Notes under the pieces: model-generated
The model's database searches: none
Told to the model about the DNA's origin: nothing
Seen by the model: the letters and a program-made list of their open reading frames with translations, nothing else
Shown here: piece after piece, positions 29,056-37,420 of the stretch
Position numbering within the stretch: position 1 is the first letter of the stretch
Layout: each line of letters opens with the position of its first letter
Made by a program: the position numbers and the translations under genes
IMG/VR virus record: IMGVR_UViG_3300014205_000001
Coordinates: 96,001-160,000 of that record
Reading direction: 5' to 3' (one strand)
DNA: 64,000 nt
DNA from: a virus
Lineage: Duplodnaviria > Heunggongvirae > Uroviricota > Caudoviricetes

Positions 29056-29157
29056 AAGTTTATTTGTTTGACTATCAAGGAGTTACTATATTATAGTAAC
29101 TTTTTGTTTTATATGTCATAAATAATGTTTAATTATGTAGTGTCAAACAATTAAATA
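29055..29157 (+). promoter_or_regulatory. Class I early cassette
   Basis: Perfect AGTTACTATA-T-TATAGTAACT at 29081-29101; 52 bp identical to 30246-30297. Confidence 0.9.
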
Positions 29158-29165
29158 CTATTATA

Positions 29166-29540
29166 ATGAAAAAAGAAACAATCAAACAACAAATGTACAA
29201 TTTAGTCCCAGCAGTATGTGATGCTATTGGTGGACATACAAGTGTGTTTCCCAGATATGACGGGATGGGTTTGGGAATACCTTATGCGCGTTGTCCTTAT
29301 ATGGTGGTTCGTAAATACGATCGTACACCGATGATCAAAGTAAGTGTAGGTATTTATTGTTTCAATAATTATCGTACCTTTATTATTCGTTATGTGGATA
29401 AAACATTACCTGAAGTATGTAAGATACTTGCTGATTGGTTTGTTTCAGTTGATCATAAATCCAATGTGAATCAATTAGAAAAATTTTTAAAAGAAACTTT
29501 TGGTACGGATATGCGTATCACTGATCAAGGTTTATCATAA
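29166..29540 (+). CDS. Hypothetical early protein
   Basis: 124 aa ORF. Confidence 0.75.
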   Translation: MKKETIKQQMYNLVPAVCDAIGGHTSVFPRYDGMGLGIPYARCPYMVVRKYDRTPMIKVSVGIYCFNNYRTFIIRYVDKTLPEVCKILADWFVSVDHKSNVNQLEKFLKETFGTDMRITDQGLS

Positions 29541-29564
29541 TTACTAATCTTTAAAACTTATAAA

Positions 29565-30239
29565 ATGGAATATAATAACATTCGGTTGAATAAAACCATA
29601 GCAAATAAAATCGGTGCTTTTAAACCTAGCGAATTCGCAAAAAAAGGAGTGAAAGTAGGTGATTATCTTATCAGTTGTCACTTTGGTGATGTGATCTTAC
29701 TCACAGCTGAAAAAATGAAAAACTTAATCCAATGGGAAACAAAAGGCGTGTATTACGTCAAACCCACCAAACAAAATATTGATCAGGTGCGTGCGAAATA
29801 TAAGTTACAACAAACAATTGATAAGTTACGTGATCAGCGTGAAAAATTAATTGAAGATGAAAAGAAACTCGCAAAACAAATTCAAGGTAGTTTTGGAAAA
29901 GAAACTACATCGGATATTGTGTTGTTCATCCATGTTGATCGTGAAAATAAACGTCAACTAAAAGTAAAAGATGTGCCTGTTCTTGAAGGTCATGAGTTAC
30001 TTAATTTTGGAATCCGTTATGATCATCGTAAACAACCACATGGTGGTGAGGCTTTATATATTGCATTGATCCGTATTACTGGTTTAACATCCAAACAAAA
30101 TCTTGCACAGTATGGTGGATTGGTAAATAAAATTTTCGATAGTAAACGTTCAGGATTTGGTTATGCAAAAGATATTCAGGACACAGGTTACAAACCCGGC
30201 GAAAAGTTTGTGGATGGGATGACTACTGTGATTAAATAA
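29565..30239 (+). CDS. Hypothetical protein
   Basis: 224 aa ORF. Confidence 0.75.
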   Translation: MEYNNIRLNKTIANKIGAFKPSEFAKKGVKVGDYLISCHFGDVILLTAEKMKNLIQWETKGVYYVKPTKQNIDQVRAKYKLQQTIDKLRDQREKLIEDEKKLAKQIQGSFGKETTSDIVLFIHVDRENKRQLKVKDVPVLEGHELLNFGIRYDHRKQPHGGEALYIALIRITGLTSKQNLAQYGGLVNKIFDSKRSGFGYAKDIQDTGYKPGEKFVDGMTTVIK

Positions 30240-30245
30240 GGCACT

Positions 30246-30360
30246 AAAGTTTATTTGTTTGACTATCAAGGAGTTACTATATTATAGTAACTTTTTGAGC
30301 AAATAAATTTTCTAGATACAAAATAAATGATTAATTATGTAGTGTCAAACAATTAAATAC
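30246..30360 (+). promoter_or_regulatory. Class I early cassette
   Basis: TATCAAGGAGTTA, perfect palindrome at 30272-30292, full core. Confidence 0.9.
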
Positions 30361-30368
30361 TTATTATC

Positions 30369-31016
30369 ATGAAATTATTCGATCAAATCCAAAAAAACTT
30401 TTCAATCGCAGCAGCGACTAAAATCCAAAAGCTTATTGTAGCTGAACTGAAAAAAGCAGGGTTCCAACCTAAACCTTCAAAAATTCTTTATCGTTACACT
30501 GACCCAGAATTTAAAATCGATCTTGTTGTCGATGGTAAAAAACAATGGCTGAGTTATAGTAACGTCGAATTAAGATTCGAACCCAGTTACAAAGAATTAA
30601 GTTACGGTAAACTTGCATCCCAAATTCGTAAAGAAATTTTGGAAGACGAACAAGCCAAAAAACGCGAAGCTGAAAAGAAAAAACTAAAAAAATCGCAAAA
30701 CGCACTTTTGGATACGCAACTGCCGATCAAACGTAAATACGAATTGGATGCGAAAACCAAGAAAGCTGTGGACAAAGCAGTGAAGTCAGGTAGCTTTAAT
30801 GAGTTCACTGATTTTATTAAAGGTAAAGCTTCCGTACAAGATTTTGGTGACTTTATTACTCACATGAACGAATTGGATGAACCGGAAGATGCAGCTGATC
30901 AAAAAGTAAAAGATAATTACACCGATGCGTTACACGCTTTAATTCCTTATCTGTTGAAATCAAAACAAATAACTAAGGAACAACACGAATGGTTACAGGA
31001 TGCTATTAATTGGTAA
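30369..31016 (+). CDS. Hypothetical early protein
   Basis: 215 aa ORF. Confidence 0.75.
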   Translation: MKLFDQIQKNFSIAAATKIQKLIVAELKKAGFQPKPSKILYRYTDPEFKIDLVVDGKKQWLSYSNVELRFEPSYKELSYGKLASQIRKEILEDEQAKKREAEKKKLKKSQNALLDTQLPIKRKYELDAKTKKAVDKAVKSGSFNEFTDFIKGKASVQDFGDFITHMNELDEPEDAADQKVKDNYTDALHALIPYLLKSKQITKEQHEWLQDAINW

Positions 31017-31021
31017 GTAAT

Positions 31022-31162
31022 ATGAAACTATTTAACTTCCTCAACTTTAGTTTCGAATTACAAGGTAATTCCATCCTATTATACAACTACAAAGGCAGGC
31101 TCTTTCACACATTCCCAGCAACGAAGTTTAACAGATTGATAGTCAATAAGTTACTATCTTAA
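31022..31162 (+). CDS. Possible 46-aa protein
   Basis: MKLFNFLNFSFELQGNSILLYNYKGRLFHTFPATKF..; its 3' end runs into the cassette. Confidence 0.35.
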   Translation: MKLFNFLNFSFELQGNSILLYNYKGRLFHTFPATKFNRLIVNKLLS

Positions 31163-31232
31163 AGTAACTTTTAACAAAAATAAATTTTCTAGATACAAAA
31201 TAAATGATTAATTTTATAGTGTCAAACAATTA
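31124..31232 (+). promoter_or_regulatory. Class I early cassette
   Basis: TAACAGATTGATAGTCAATAAGTTA, AAGTTACTATCTTAAAGTAACTT, core variant TAATTTTATAGTGTCAAAC. Confidence 0.85.
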
Positions 31233-31259
31233 TAACATTAACTTTTAAAACCTATTATC

Positions 31260-32159
31260 ATGGAAAACAAAAACAACATTACACTGGAAAATTTATCACC
31301 TGCTGAACAACAACTAATTCTTTTACAAAGAGAAAAAGCAGAAATTGAAGCTAAGGAAAAAGCACAACAACTGCAAATCAAAACTGAAAAAGAAATCGCT
31401 GCCAAAAAAGTTGAAATGGCAAAATTCCTTGCTGATTGGCAACAACAAAACAATAAAGCACATTCATACTTAGGTGACCTTCAGGACATCGACCCAAGGT
31501 TCCAATTAGTAACTAAGGAACGTACACAAATCTTCGAAGTATATCACAACGATGACAGAGAAAGCGGTTATGCAAAAATCGTGGATTGGACCGAAGAAGT
31601 TAAATTCCTGGACCTTTCAATTATGCATACTGCATTGGAACGTAAAATTATTTTGATCCGTGAACACAGAGTATCTGACAGTCGCTATAGTTCACGCACT
31701 ACCAATCATGGTTACAAAATGACTTTCGATGAATATGGTGGACGTTACACTAAGGACCCAAAAAATATGGCATCCAAGTTCACTGAAATCCTGGAACAAA
31801 AAGCACGTGAACTTCGTGAAAAGAATACAGCTGCTACTGCACAAGAAATGGCAGACGCAAAATTAAAAGAACTCTACCCTACTGCAACCATTGAACATAA
31901 ATCGGAAAGGATTTATCCTAACAATTATGGTGGAAGTCGCCGTTACGATCAAAAGCCTTATGACAGCACTTGGTTCAATGTAGTATTTCCTAACGGTTAT
32001 GGAATTAAAGTTGCTTACGGAGTACATAACAACGAACTATGGTTACGTAAAGACGGAACATTCGCTCCTAACTTCGAAGGTGAAAGTAACCAATTACTTG
32101 ACCCAAAAAATAAAGGTGTACAAAACTTCATCACTGCACTACAAAATATTTCTAAATAG
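31260..32159 (+). CDS. Hypothetical early protein with N-terminal coiled coil
   Basis: 299 aa ORF. Confidence 0.8.
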   Translation: MENKNNITLENLSPAEQQLILLQREKAEIEAKEKAQQLQIKTEKEIAAKKVEMAKFLADWQQQNNKAHSYLGDLQDIDPRFQLVTKERTQIFEVYHNDDRESGYAKIVDWTEEVKFLDLSIMHTALERKIILIREHRVSDSRYSSRTTNHGYKMTFDEYGGRYTKDPKNMASKFTEILEQKARELREKNTAATAQEMADAKLKELYPTATIEHKSERIYPNNYGGSRRYDQKPYDSTWFNVVFPNGYGIKVAYGVHNNELWLRKDGTFAPNFEGESNQLLDPKNKGVQNFITALQNISK

Positions 32160-32204
32160 GTTAATTGTTTGACGACACAGTTACTTCAATGTAACAACCT
32201 ATCG

Positions 32205-32232
32205 AGGAGCCACAATCGTGGCTCCTTTTTTC
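32205..32232 (+). terminator. Intrinsic terminator
   Basis: AGGAGCCAC-AATC-GTGGCTCCT plus T-run. Confidence 0.85.
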
Positions 32233-32234
32233 AT

Positions 32235-32361
32235 GATAGTATCTTTGACATACCGTTACTTTTTAACACAGACTTATTAACATAGTAATTGTTCATAAGT
32301 TACTTTAAATAAATTTTCTAGTTACAAAATAAATGATTAATTATGTAGTGTCAAACAATTA
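32235..32361 (+). promoter_or_regulatory. Class I early cassette with dispersed operator half-sites
   Basis: GATAGTATCTTTGACATA, ATAGTAATTGTTCATAA, then AAATAAATTTTCTAGTTACAAAATAAATGATTAATTATGTAGTGTCAAACAATT. Confidence 0.85.
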
Positions 32362-32383
32362 TTAACTTAAACAAAACAACATC

Positions 32384-32722
32384 ATGACATTCAACCAAAC
32401 AGAAGTAGCAATGATCGTTTCATACCTACTTAATCCTAATAACATTTGTTCCTATTCTAATTCTGATGTTAAAGAACTTGGACATTTCACTGTCAAAGAT
32501 TCTAACTCTAAACAAGGTCAACAAGTCGATTTTATCGTAAAAGCAAATGCATACGAAGCAGCTACTCTCATTGTAAAAACTTATGAAATCGTTGAATCTA
32601 ACAACGCTGCCGATATGCAACGCTTACGTGATGCGAAATCCTTGCTATACTTCCCTGAATTTTTCGCTATAACTCCCATCGGCAAAGTACGTCAAGTATG
32701 TAACAACGGCGCAACATCTTAA
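32384..32722 (+). CDS. Hypothetical early protein
   Basis: 112 aa ORF. Confidence 0.75.
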   Translation: MTFNQTEVAMIVSYLLNPNNICSYSNSDVKELGHFTVKDSNSKQGQQVDFIVKANAYEAATLIVKTYEIVESNNAADMQRLRDAKSLLYFPEFFAITPIGKVRQVCNNGATS

Positions 32723-32733
32723 TACATTACACC

Positions 32734-33002
32734 ATGAAAGACACTATCAATCTTAATCAGGAAGTTACTATCCACCTCACCGACTCACCGACAAAGGCTT
32801 CATACGCCTCAAAGAAATCATCAAGGAGCAGATGTTCTTCAACACCGACAAAGAAGTAGATGACTACGTAAGCAAGCGTAAGGTAGGCACCGACGGCTAC
32901 AAGGACCAACTGTATAGCCTCATGCACCTTGTAGGTCCTATGATGTTCAACGGTAGTCCTTACTTAGTTACTACAGTATGTGAGATCGGCAAGCTACCAT
33001 AG
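32734..33002 (+). pseudogene. Phage gene frameshifted by tandem 8-bp duplication CTCACCGA
   Basis: Removing one copy (32776-32783 or 32784-32791) restores an 86-aa ORF MKDTINLNQEVTIHLTDKGFIRL..QLYSLMHLVGPMMFNGSPYL..KLP. Confidence 0.75.
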
Positions 33003-33313
33003 CCTACTACACTCAGGACTCCAGGTCTACAGGGACCTGGAGTTTACATTGAGGCAGAGTTACTACGACTCGACAATCCTATAGAATTATAAAAAGTTTT
33101 TTCGCCTTATAATATATTTTATAGCCAGTTTGAATCTATAGGGCTATGGGTTTAGTCCCTGTTAGAAAAACTTGTAGGGGTTTAATCTAAAAAACCAAAA
33201 ACGAAAATCTGACTTATTTCTTATCCCTAGCCAAATCTAAAGTGCAACCTTGCGCAGGAAAACAGGCATTGCACGAAAAAAAATTTTTCACGATTTTGGA
33301 AACTAAACCCTAT
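33003..33313. other. Non-coding hairpin-rich convergence region (second candidate origin or terminus)
   Basis: ACTCCAGGTC/GACCTGGAGT, CCTATAGA/TCTATAGG, GTGCAA/TTGCAC and GGGTTTAG/CTAAACCC pairs; skew flip. Confidence 0.45.
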
Positions 33314-33700
33314 TTATAATATAGGTACTAGTTTAATGGCACGTTCTAATGCATCAAATCGTAGTTGGCTACCAATATCATTGTCTTCATTATCATATAC
33401 TGGAAACCAATACATATTGTAATCTTGAGGTCGTTGGGCTAAAAGTTCAGGTAGAAAGTCCATACCTTCGCGATTGTTATATAGCATTTCGTCATATACT
33501 TTTTGCCATTTATAATTAGGATTTTGTACTGGACTTTCTTCAAAAAGGGCTTCATTGATTAAGTAGCACAAACCGCCTGTGTATAATTTGTCACCTTTAT
33601 CGATGGATTTTTGTAAGACACTTTGAATGTGTCTGTATAGTTCTAATCTTTGAATCGGATTGAGAGTAAAGGGTGGTGTGATAGGTTCTTGTTCTTTCAT
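33314..33700 (-). CDS. Hypothetical protein, paralog of 33714-34043
   Basis: YTGGLC, MDFLPELLAQ.P, YWF shared. Confidence 0.75.
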   Translation of the reverse strand: MKEQEPITPPFTLNPIQRLELYRHIQSVLQKSIDKGDKLYTGGLCYLINEALFEESPVQNPNYKWQKVYDEMLYNNREGMDFLPELLAQRPQDYNMYWFPVYDNEDNDIGSQLRFDALERAIKLVPIL

Positions 33701-33713
33701 AAGACTTTGTATA

Positions 33714-34043
33714 TTAAAAAGGTTTTTGGATTAAAATTAAATCAATTGCTTTATCTAAGGCTTTGATACGACTATCGTTGTCGCCTGGACGAAACCAATA
33801 GTTTTGTTCATGACTGATATTAGTAGGTTTTTGGGCGAGTAGTTCAGGTAGAAAGTCCATATTATCGTATACGGATTGATACTTGTAATTGCTATTATGA
33901 AAGGGACTACTATGGCTATGTAGTAATGTATTGATATGACTACATAATCCTCCGGTGTAGCGATAATTGGAATGGGCGTTAATATAAATGTTTCTAAGGT
34001 ATTTATATAGTTTTAATCTTTCTTGAATCTCGAGTGTAAACAT
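33714..34043 (-). CDS. Hypothetical protein, paralog of 33314-33700
   Basis: Same motifs. Confidence 0.75.
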   Translation of the reverse strand: MFTLEIQERLKLYKYLRNIYINAHSNYRYTGGLCSHINTLLHSHSSPFHNSNYKYQSVYDNMDFLPELLAQKPTNISHEQNYWFRPGDNDSRIKALDKAIDLILIQKPF

Positions 34044-34044
34044 A

Positions 34045-34242
34045 TTATGATTCTTTAGGTTGTTTAGTAGATGTAGTAGTGATGGGTGGTGCAGGAAATT
34101 TACGGTCGAATTCTTTTAAGATTGAATTAGCCCAACTAATTGCTGCATCTGTAGATTTGCATGTTTCGGCGCCGGCAACATGTGCTGCTGCTTGGTACCA
34201 ACATTCTTTACGTTTGGATTCGTGATCTTCTTGTGCTGTCAT
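34045..34242 (-). CDS. Small hypothetical protein
   Basis: 65 aa ORF. Confidence 0.6.
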   Translation of the reverse strand: MTAQEDHESKRKECWYQAAAHVAGAETCKSTDAAISWANSILKEFDRKFPAPPITTTSTKQPKES

Positions 34243-34782
34243 TTAATTTGTATAAGAATAGGATTGTAACTGTTTCTGAAACGTATCCCTGTCATATCCC
34301 AGATGGGACAGTTTACGATTGAGTTGTTTGTCCCAAATGGATGTATCGATCACTTCAGTCTGCAGTTCAGCTAAGAGACTTCCTTTATCTTCTACGTTAC
34401 ATAGATATTCGAAATATTTAATCCAAATTTCGGGTAAGGAAGTTTGGGCTTGCATCCAGGGTAGATATAATTGTTGCGTAAAGTAAATTGCTTTGAGTTC
34501 CGAGATTGCGTGATTGAGTTTCAGACCTGAATCTTTTTGTTCAAAGACGGGAAAGGATAAATTGTACTTCTTGCGCATCTGATGATTAGCAGCTAGGAAG
34601 TGACAGATTTCGTGCATGATAAAGATAAAGTCACCTGTATCGACATTTTGATACTTGGGTGAAAATTTAATGGCTTTACGAGTTTGATACGTGTCATAGT
34701 TACTGGGTGCAGGCGTAATTTTCTTGCCTGTGAGTTGTTGACCTGTTACGATGATATGTTCCAATAAGGGTTGATATGACAT
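34243..34782 (-). CDS. HExxH-motif protein (zincin-like)
   Basis: IMHEICHFLAA with downstream E. Confidence 0.6.
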   Translation of the reverse strand: MSYQPLLEHIIVTGQQLTGKKITPAPSNYDTYQTRKAIKFSPKYQNVDTGDFIFIMHEICHFLAANHQMRKKYNLSFPVFEQKDSGLKLNHAISELKAIYFTQQLYLPWMQAQTSLPEIWIKYFEYLCNVEDKGSLLAELQTEVIDTSIWDKQLNRKLSHLGYDRDTFQKQLQSYSYTN

Positions 34783-34783
34783 G

Positions 34784-34870
34784 TTATTTCAGTAAATACA
34801 TTTCCCATAAACTTCCGATCAGGATTCCTAATAGAAATGCGGCTAGGATGTAGAAAGTTTGTAGTTTCAT
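34784..34870 (-). CDS. 28-aa membrane peptide (not in ORF track)
   Basis: MKLQTFYILAAFLLGILIGSLWEMYLLK directly after TATAATTGTA promoter. Confidence 0.5.
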   Translation of the reverse strand: MKLQTFYILAAFLLGILIGSLWEMYLLK

Positions 34871-35050
34871 ACTACAATTATATGTATAATAGAGTAAAAA
34901 AGAAAATGCTGGGCGAGCCAGTCTGATTTGACGTTCCGATAATTACTTAGTAACTGATTGATTATCAATGATAGGTCGAAGATTCAGCCGGTAGCCACCC
35001 GTTGGGCGGGATTAGGAGGCTTGAGAATTAATAGATAAAAGAAAGATACG

Positions 35051-35440
35051 ATGAAAACATTACTAATATTTTTATTATTGCTGCTCGGTAGTTATAATAT
35101 ACAGGGACAAGAAATCATTAAAGAAAAGATGTTGGCGCCTTTTTTTCGATACTATGACAGTGGACAATTACAGCAGTCGGGATATGTTTCGGTTTTAAAT
35201 GTTTATGATACACTTACGTGTGTGTCTCGATTAGTGAGTGTTGTGGATTCGACTTGGTTGTTATATGATAGTAAAGGTAAATTAGTGCAGACGTGTCAAT
35301 ATCAAAATGGATTAAAAGTGGGTGTGTGGGAGTATTTTATGGATGATTATATTGGGCAAGCTGTATATGTGGAAGGGTTAAAAGTCAGATATATTGAGAT
35401 GACGTATACAGGTAAATTACTGTTTTTAAAAGATTTTTAG
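35051..35440 (+). CDS. Secreted MORN-variant/YwqK-like repeat protein
   Basis: Signal peptide; YYDSGQLQQSG, W..Y..KG.L, YQNGLKVGVW. Confidence 0.75.
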   Translation: MKTLLIFLLLLLGSYNIQGQEIIKEKMLAPFFRYYDSGQLQQSGYVSVLNVYDTLTCVSRLVSVVDSTWLLYDSKGKLVQTCQYQNGLKVGVWEYFMDDYIGQAVYVEGLKVRYIEMTYTGKLLFLKDF

Positions 35441-35454
35441 AAGATATATATTCT

Positions 35455-35994
35455 ATGAGTACACGAATTTTAACCATTGAACAATACAAGAAATTTTTAG
35501 AAAATTCTACACCGCCACAAATTGTGGATATGACACAATTAGTGCAACAAGCTACTGCAGCTCAAGTTGAACATGGTCATGCGTTTATGAATTATTTAAT
35601 TGATCAGTATTTAGGAAATCCTGCATTTACTACAGAATTTTCGGAAGATTATTATTCCTTATATGAATCAGGAATGGTAGAAGATTTCTTTGAAAAGTAT
35701 AATGATGAACCTTACAATATGAGCGATGATTTAATTGATGCTTTAATGGCTGAATTAGAAGAAGGTAACATGAATCATATACCCAATCGCCCAACAAATG
35801 AAGGCAAGAAAAGTAATGAAGAAAAATTGGCTCGTTACAAACAGCAACTTGCTAATTGGGACGAAGCACACGAAACGGAACTTGCGAAGAAACGTAAAGG
35901 CAGTAGTTTAAAGAAGAAAGAACGTTTACGTAAACGTATCTTAGCTTTACAAAAGAAAATGAAACGGGAAGCTGAAGGCACAACTGAAAAATAA
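35455..35994 (+). CDS. Putative internal head protein (leader variant MSTRILTIEQYKKFLE)
   Basis: Late motif GATATATAT at 35443; acidic middle, basic tail. Confidence 0.6.
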   Translation: MSTRILTIEQYKKFLENSTPPQIVDMTQLVQQATAAQVEHGHAFMNYLIDQYLGNPAFTTEFSEDYYSLYESGMVEDFFEKYNDEPYNMSDDLIDALMAELEEGNMNHIPNRPTNEGKKSNEEKLARYKQQLANWDEAHETELAKKRKGSSLKKKERLRKRILALQKKMKREAEGTTEK

Positions 35995-35995
35995 C

Positions 35996-36020
35996 AAAAG
36001 GACCTTTACAGGTCCTTTTT
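35996..36020. terminator. Bidirectional terminator
   Basis: AAAAGGACCT-TTAC-AGGTCCTTTT. Confidence 0.75.
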
Positions 36021-36326
36021 AGTTATCAGTTTGTTATTGATATATTCTTCGTATTTAGTTTTTCGCCCTTGTCTGTAATATAACTTACACAGTTTATTAT
36101 CTTCTTTCCACGACCAAATCCCTACTTTAATTCCTAATTGATAATGAGCAATTGATACAGTGTCACCTTTGTGATTATACATTACCCAAACGGAATCTAA
36201 TTTTTTGTTAGTAAAATAACCACTTTGTTTGATTAAGCCGTAATTCGTTCTATAATTCACGAATTGAGTCTGTGCAGAAGTTACAGACAATAAAAAAGTC
36301 AAGAGTAAAATTAAACATGTTTTCAT
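36006..36326 (-). CDS. Secreted MORN-variant repeat protein
   Basis: Signal peptide; KQSGY..LDSVWVMY, YQLGIKVGIW. Confidence 0.7.
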   Translation of the reverse strand: MKTCLILLLTFLLSVTSAQTQFVNYRTNYGLIKQSGYFTNKKLDSVWVMYNHKGDTVSIAHYQLGIKVGIWSWKEDNKLCKLYYRQGRKTKYEEYINNKLITKKDL

Positions 36327-36419
36327 ATTATTTATATTAAAGATGAGGTTATATGTTTTCTAATTGTTATCTAACGATTAATAAATTTAACATTCAATTT
36401 ACATTCCGATATATAATAT

Positions 36420-36665
36420 ATGAACATTTTAGCAGCAATTGCCTTATTATTACAATTAACAATTCAAGATTCAGTTACGGGTGAAAAATTAGTCGGTGTC
36501 AAAGTCGCAACCAAAAGTGGTATTTATTATACTGATTTAAATGGACACGTTGCAATTCCGGGTCAAGATTCAGTAGTCGTGATTAATTATGTTTCGTATC
36601 AAGATGTGATTATCACAACTAAAAAAGATACTACGATAAAGATGCATCCAAAAGTACAACTTTAG
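36420..36665 (+). CDS. Stand-alone CarboxypepD_reg-like domain protein
   Basis: IQDSVTGEKLVGVKV..YTDLNGH..INYVSY; short hydrophobic N-terminus. Confidence 0.75.
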   Translation: MNILAAIALLLQLTIQDSVTGEKLVGVKVATKSGIYYTDLNGHVAIPGQDSVVVINYVSYQDVIITTKKDTTIKMHPKVQL

Positions 36666-36900
36666 CAATTAGTTTTTCGGTCCGAATTAAGTCCAATGGG
36701 TACATGCCAGTCGTATTAATTTTCTGTTCCCGAAAATGATGTAACTCTGCAGTTACGTGTACACCTTTCAAAGGTTTTTTCAACCAAATAAAATGTTCAT
36801 CTAATGTTGTAGGAATTTGTCCTTTCAGGATTTCCCATTTGTTACCTTTATCATCGATAAAAATATTGCCTTGTATAGAATTTAATAAGTTCAAGTTCAT
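36631..36900 (-). CDS. Hypothetical protein
   Basis: 89 aa ORF. Confidence 0.55.
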   Translation of the reverse strand: MNLNLLNSIQGNIFIDDKGNKWEILKGQIPTTLDEHFIWLKKPLKGVHVTAELHHFREQKINTTGMYPLDLIRTEKLIAKVVLLDASLS

Positions 36901-36901
36901 G

Positions 36902-37420
36902 TTATTTTGTATTTCTGAATGAATGTTTTAAATCAAAACCATTACCTACAATTTTTTCGGAATCAGTTCTGTTATCGGGTTTGTCGATACTTGAACTGCA
37001 CCAATTGTATAATAAAATGTATATTACTTCAGGTGCAATAAATTTACCTAAATTATAATCACTTAATTTAGGATTTTTTACTACTTCAGTTCCATACACT
37101 AATATAATAGGACAATTTAGTTTGGTATTAAGATTCGTTGGGTCTTTTTTACTCACCCAAGGTTGAGGTTGATTTTGCGGTTGTAAAGAATCAATTAATA
37201 ATAATTGACCTTGCATATATTGTAGCCGCAATATATTACCACAGATATGAAAGTTCAGCATATCTTTATCTTTCAAAAATTGTGGAAAAGGAAAACCTTG
37301 TTTAACAAAGGTACCGTTCCAGTTTTTTACTTCTGTGACACGATTATAAATTACTTTTTCATCGATGCCTTGTTGCATAAGAAAATCGTAATAGCATTTA
37401 AAATTAGAGATTATTTTCAT
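36902..37420 (-). CDS. Conserved-looking hypothetical phage protein
   Basis: MKIISNFK.YYD N-terminus and GFDLKHSFR C-terminus. Confidence 0.75.
   Translation of the reverse strand: MKIISNFKCYYDFLMQQGIDEKVIYNRVTEVKNWNGTFVKQGFPFPQFLKDKDMLNFHICGNILRLQYMQGQLLLIDSLQPQNQPQPWVSKKDPTNLNTKLNCPIILVYGTEVVKNPKLSDYNLGKFIAPEVIYILLYNWCSSSIDKPDNRTDSEKIVGNGFDLKHSFRNTK

Noticed and set aside
27946-32361. Class I cassettes as integron attC sites
   Set aside because: No integrase in the window and no RYYYAAC..GTTRRRY bottom-strand hairpin; the position directly before start codons fits promoters
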